Part shown: piece after piece, positions 61,732-64,000 of the stretch
Layout of the letters: every line of letters begins with the position of its first letter
How positions within the stretch are numbered: the stretch's first letter is position 1
Assembly (NCBI GenBank): GCA_963717505.1
Contig: OY970342.1
Span: forward strand, 2,720,001-2,784,000
Source of the DNA: Candidatus Eiseniibacteriota bacterium
GTDB lineage: Bacteria > Eisenbacteria > RBG-16-71-46
DNA: 64,000 bases
Direction of reading: 5' to 3'
Made by a program: the position numbers and the translations under genes
Notes under the pieces: model-generated
Databases searched by the model: none
What the model saw: only the letters and a program-made list of their open reading frames with translations
What the model was told of the DNA's origin: nothing

Positions 61732-61745
61732 GGGACGGAACCTCC

Positions 61746-62553
61746 ATGGGAACCACGGCAATGCAGGACGACCAAACCGCTCAAGATCGTGCGCGACCCG
61801 AGTGTGCATCTGGTCGGCCGCCAGGTCGTCGATCCGGCGGGCGATCGAGCGGCTTCCTCGAACGACCACGGCCTGACCTGGAGCACCGACACCGAGGTCG
61901 GCGGCGAGCAGCTGGCCGAGATGGCCGGGCGGGTCTGCTACATGTCGTACGGCAAGGGCCGCAAGCACCAACCGCGAGTTCATCGAGCACATCGTCGAGG
62001 TCGGACACGGCTCGGTGCTCGAGCACGCGGTGTGGAGCTTCGTGATCACCGGCGTGTCGCGCTCGTTCACGCACGAGCTGATCCGCCACCGGCACTTCTC
62101 GTACTCGCAGCTCTCGCAGCGCTACGTCGACGAGTCCGACTCGGACTTCGTCGAGCCCGACGTGATCGCCGCCGATCCCGAGCTGCACGCGGCCTGGGAA
62201 CGAGGCGGTCAACGCGACGCGCGACGCCTACGATCGGCTGGTCACCGGGCTCCAGGAGCAAGTTCACCGACGTGCCCGAGAAGACGCTGCGGCGCAAGCT
62301 CGCGCGCCAGGCGGCGCGCTCGGTGCTGCCCAATGCCACCGAGACCAAGATCTTCGTCACCGGGAACGCGCGCGCGCTTCGGCACTTCATCGAGCTGCGC
62401 GGCAGCGAGCACGCCGACGTCGAGATCCGCAAGGTCGCGGTGGCAATGCTCAGGATCATGCAGCGCGAGGCGCCGGCGATGTTCGCGGACTACACGCTGG
62501 TCCCGCTCGCCGACGGCAGCTTCGCGACCCGCACCGAGCATCCGAAGGTCTGA
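61746..62553 (+). CDS. thyX: FAD-dependent thymidylate synthase, frameshifted
   Basis: [52 protein letters not shown]; start approximate. Confidence 0.93.
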
Positions 62554-62569
62554 GCGCTTCGGGATCGAC

Positions 62570-63403
62570 ATGACGCAGAGTCCTCCCGACCCACGGCGTA
62601 CCGTCCGCGCGGTGACGCGCGTGGCGGCCGGGGCCACGGAGCGAATCGACGACGCGGTCGCCGTCGAGCGCGCGCTCGAGATTCGTGTGGACGGCCGCCC
62701 GCTCGCGGTGACGCTGCGCACGCCCGGCGACGATCGCGAGCTGGCGCTGGGTTTCCTGGCCGGCGAGGGCGTGATTCGCACGCGCAGCGGATGTTCGCGA
62801 TGTGCGTGAGAGTGTGGCGGCATGCGCCGACGAGCCCGATCGGATCGACATTTCGCTCGCGCCCGACGTCACCCTCGACTGGAGCCGGCTCGAGCGCCAC
62901 TTCGCGGCGACCGCGGCCTGCGGACTGTGCGGGCGAGCGCATCTCGACTCGTTGCGCGCCGGACTCACGCCGATCGCCGAAGGTCCGCCGATTGCGGCCA
63001 CCGCCCTGGCGGCACTCCCCGAACGTCTGCGCGCGGCGCAGGTGACGTTCACAGCGACGGGCGGGCTGCACGCCGCCGCGTGGTGCGACGAACAACTCGA
63101 GCCGCGCGTCCTGCGCGAGGACGTCGGGCGGCACAACGCGGTCGACAAGATCTGCTGGCTGGCTGATCGAGCCAGGGGCGCCACCCCGCGAACGCGGGCG
63201 TGCTGTGGGTCAGCGGGCGCGCGGGAGCCGAGATCGTGCTCAAGGCCGCGCGGGCGCGGATTCCGGTGCTGGCCGCGGTCGGGGCGCCGTCGTCGCTCGC
63301 GATCGAGCTGGCCGAGGCCGCGCGCATGACGCTGATCGGGTTCCTGCGCGAAGGCCGGATGAACCTTTACTCGGGGCATGAACGAGTTCAGACTGGCGCA
63401 TGA
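62570..63403 (+). CDS. fdhD: formate dehydrogenase accessory sulfurtransferase, frameshifted
   Basis: [56 protein letters not shown]. Confidence 0.92.
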
Positions 63404-63425
63404 ACCGGGCGTCAGGAGTAGCTCC

Positions 63426-64000
63426 ATGACTCACCGTCGGCCGACCCGTGTCCGCGTCCTGATCGCCATCGCACTCCTCGCGATCCCGGCGAGTGCCCGT
63501 GCTCAGAATCCCGACGATATCTTTTGGTCGCCGAGCTTCGACGCACCGGCATTCGATTCGCCGATTCAGGACTTCGCGAACTTCGGCGGTGACCTGGTGG
63601 CGGCGGGCGCCTTCGGCCAGACACCGGACGGTCCGGCCTCGGCTATCGCGCGCTGGGACGGCAAGCAGTGGCGCCCGCTTGGCGACGGCGTGTACGGCGG
63701 CCTGTGGGCATTGGTCGAGTTCGAAGCCTCGCTGATCGCGGGCGGCGCATTCGGCGTCCCCGGCAGCGATACCGCGCTGAACGTGGCGCGATGGGACGGC
63801 GTCGCGTGGCACCGAATGGGCTCGGGGTTGCAGGGTCAGGTGCTCGATCTCGCTGTGGTCGACGACGAGCTGTTCGCCGCCGGCGACTTCACCTTCGGCG
63901 CGAGCTTCGAGCACGTTCCGGTGGCGCGGTGGAACGGGACCGAATGGGAGCCGGTCGGTCCGCTCGTGCCCTCAGCGATCTTCGCGCGTGCCCGCAAGCT
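63426..64000 (+). CDS. secreted repeat protein, N-terminal part (truncated by window edge)
   Basis: MTHRRPTRVRVLIAIALLAIPASARA-Q signal, then repeats L.A.G.F......ARW(D/N)G..W..(L/M/V)G. Confidence 0.75.
   Translation, partial: MTHRRPTRVRVLIAIALLAIPASARAQNPDDIFWSPSFDAPAFDSPIQDFANFGGDLVAAGAFGQTPDGPASAIARWDGKQWRPLGDGVYGGLWALVEFEASLIAGGAFGVPGSDTALNVARWDGVAWHRMGSGLQGQVLDLAVVDDELFAAGDFTFGASFEHVPVARWNGTEWEPVGPLVPSAIFARARK

Overview
GC-rich bacterial chromosomal window, about 68-70% GC by eye. Secreted proteins ending in a PNP...YF FlgD/T9SS-type C-terminal domain suggest an FCB-group lineage such as Ca. Eisenbacteria (inference). Contents in order: the end of aroE, comF, an ECF cbiMQO-type metal transporter and rarA; two tandem paralogous giant secreted proteins (~3350 and ~2900 aa) with arrays of InlB-B-type repeats; a radical SAM / atypical metallophosphoesterase pair; a long operon mrp-iscS-pdxST-nrnA-ccmABCDEF (Cys-type CcmE); a DUF6504-like/dinB/DUF72 cassette; a secreted double beta-propeller; a cytochrome c/heme-copper oxidase operon; fba/fbp; a dockerin-like secreted protein; an hcrCAB-like molybdoenzyme with xdhC/mocA; a sulfatase; a YVTN propeller; map; a Rieske protein; a LOG-family protein; a kynureninase-like PLP enzyme; thyX; fdhD; and the start of another secreted repeat protein. 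The most striking observation is the oxidase: it keeps all metal ligands, the cross-linked Tyr and the D-channel, but every canonical K-channel residue I could align is replaced. Many housekeeping genes carry multiple frameshifts clustered in blocks, most likely from assembly or consensus errors, so their boundaries are approximate. No rRNA, tRNA, CRISPR array or mobile element was recognised.
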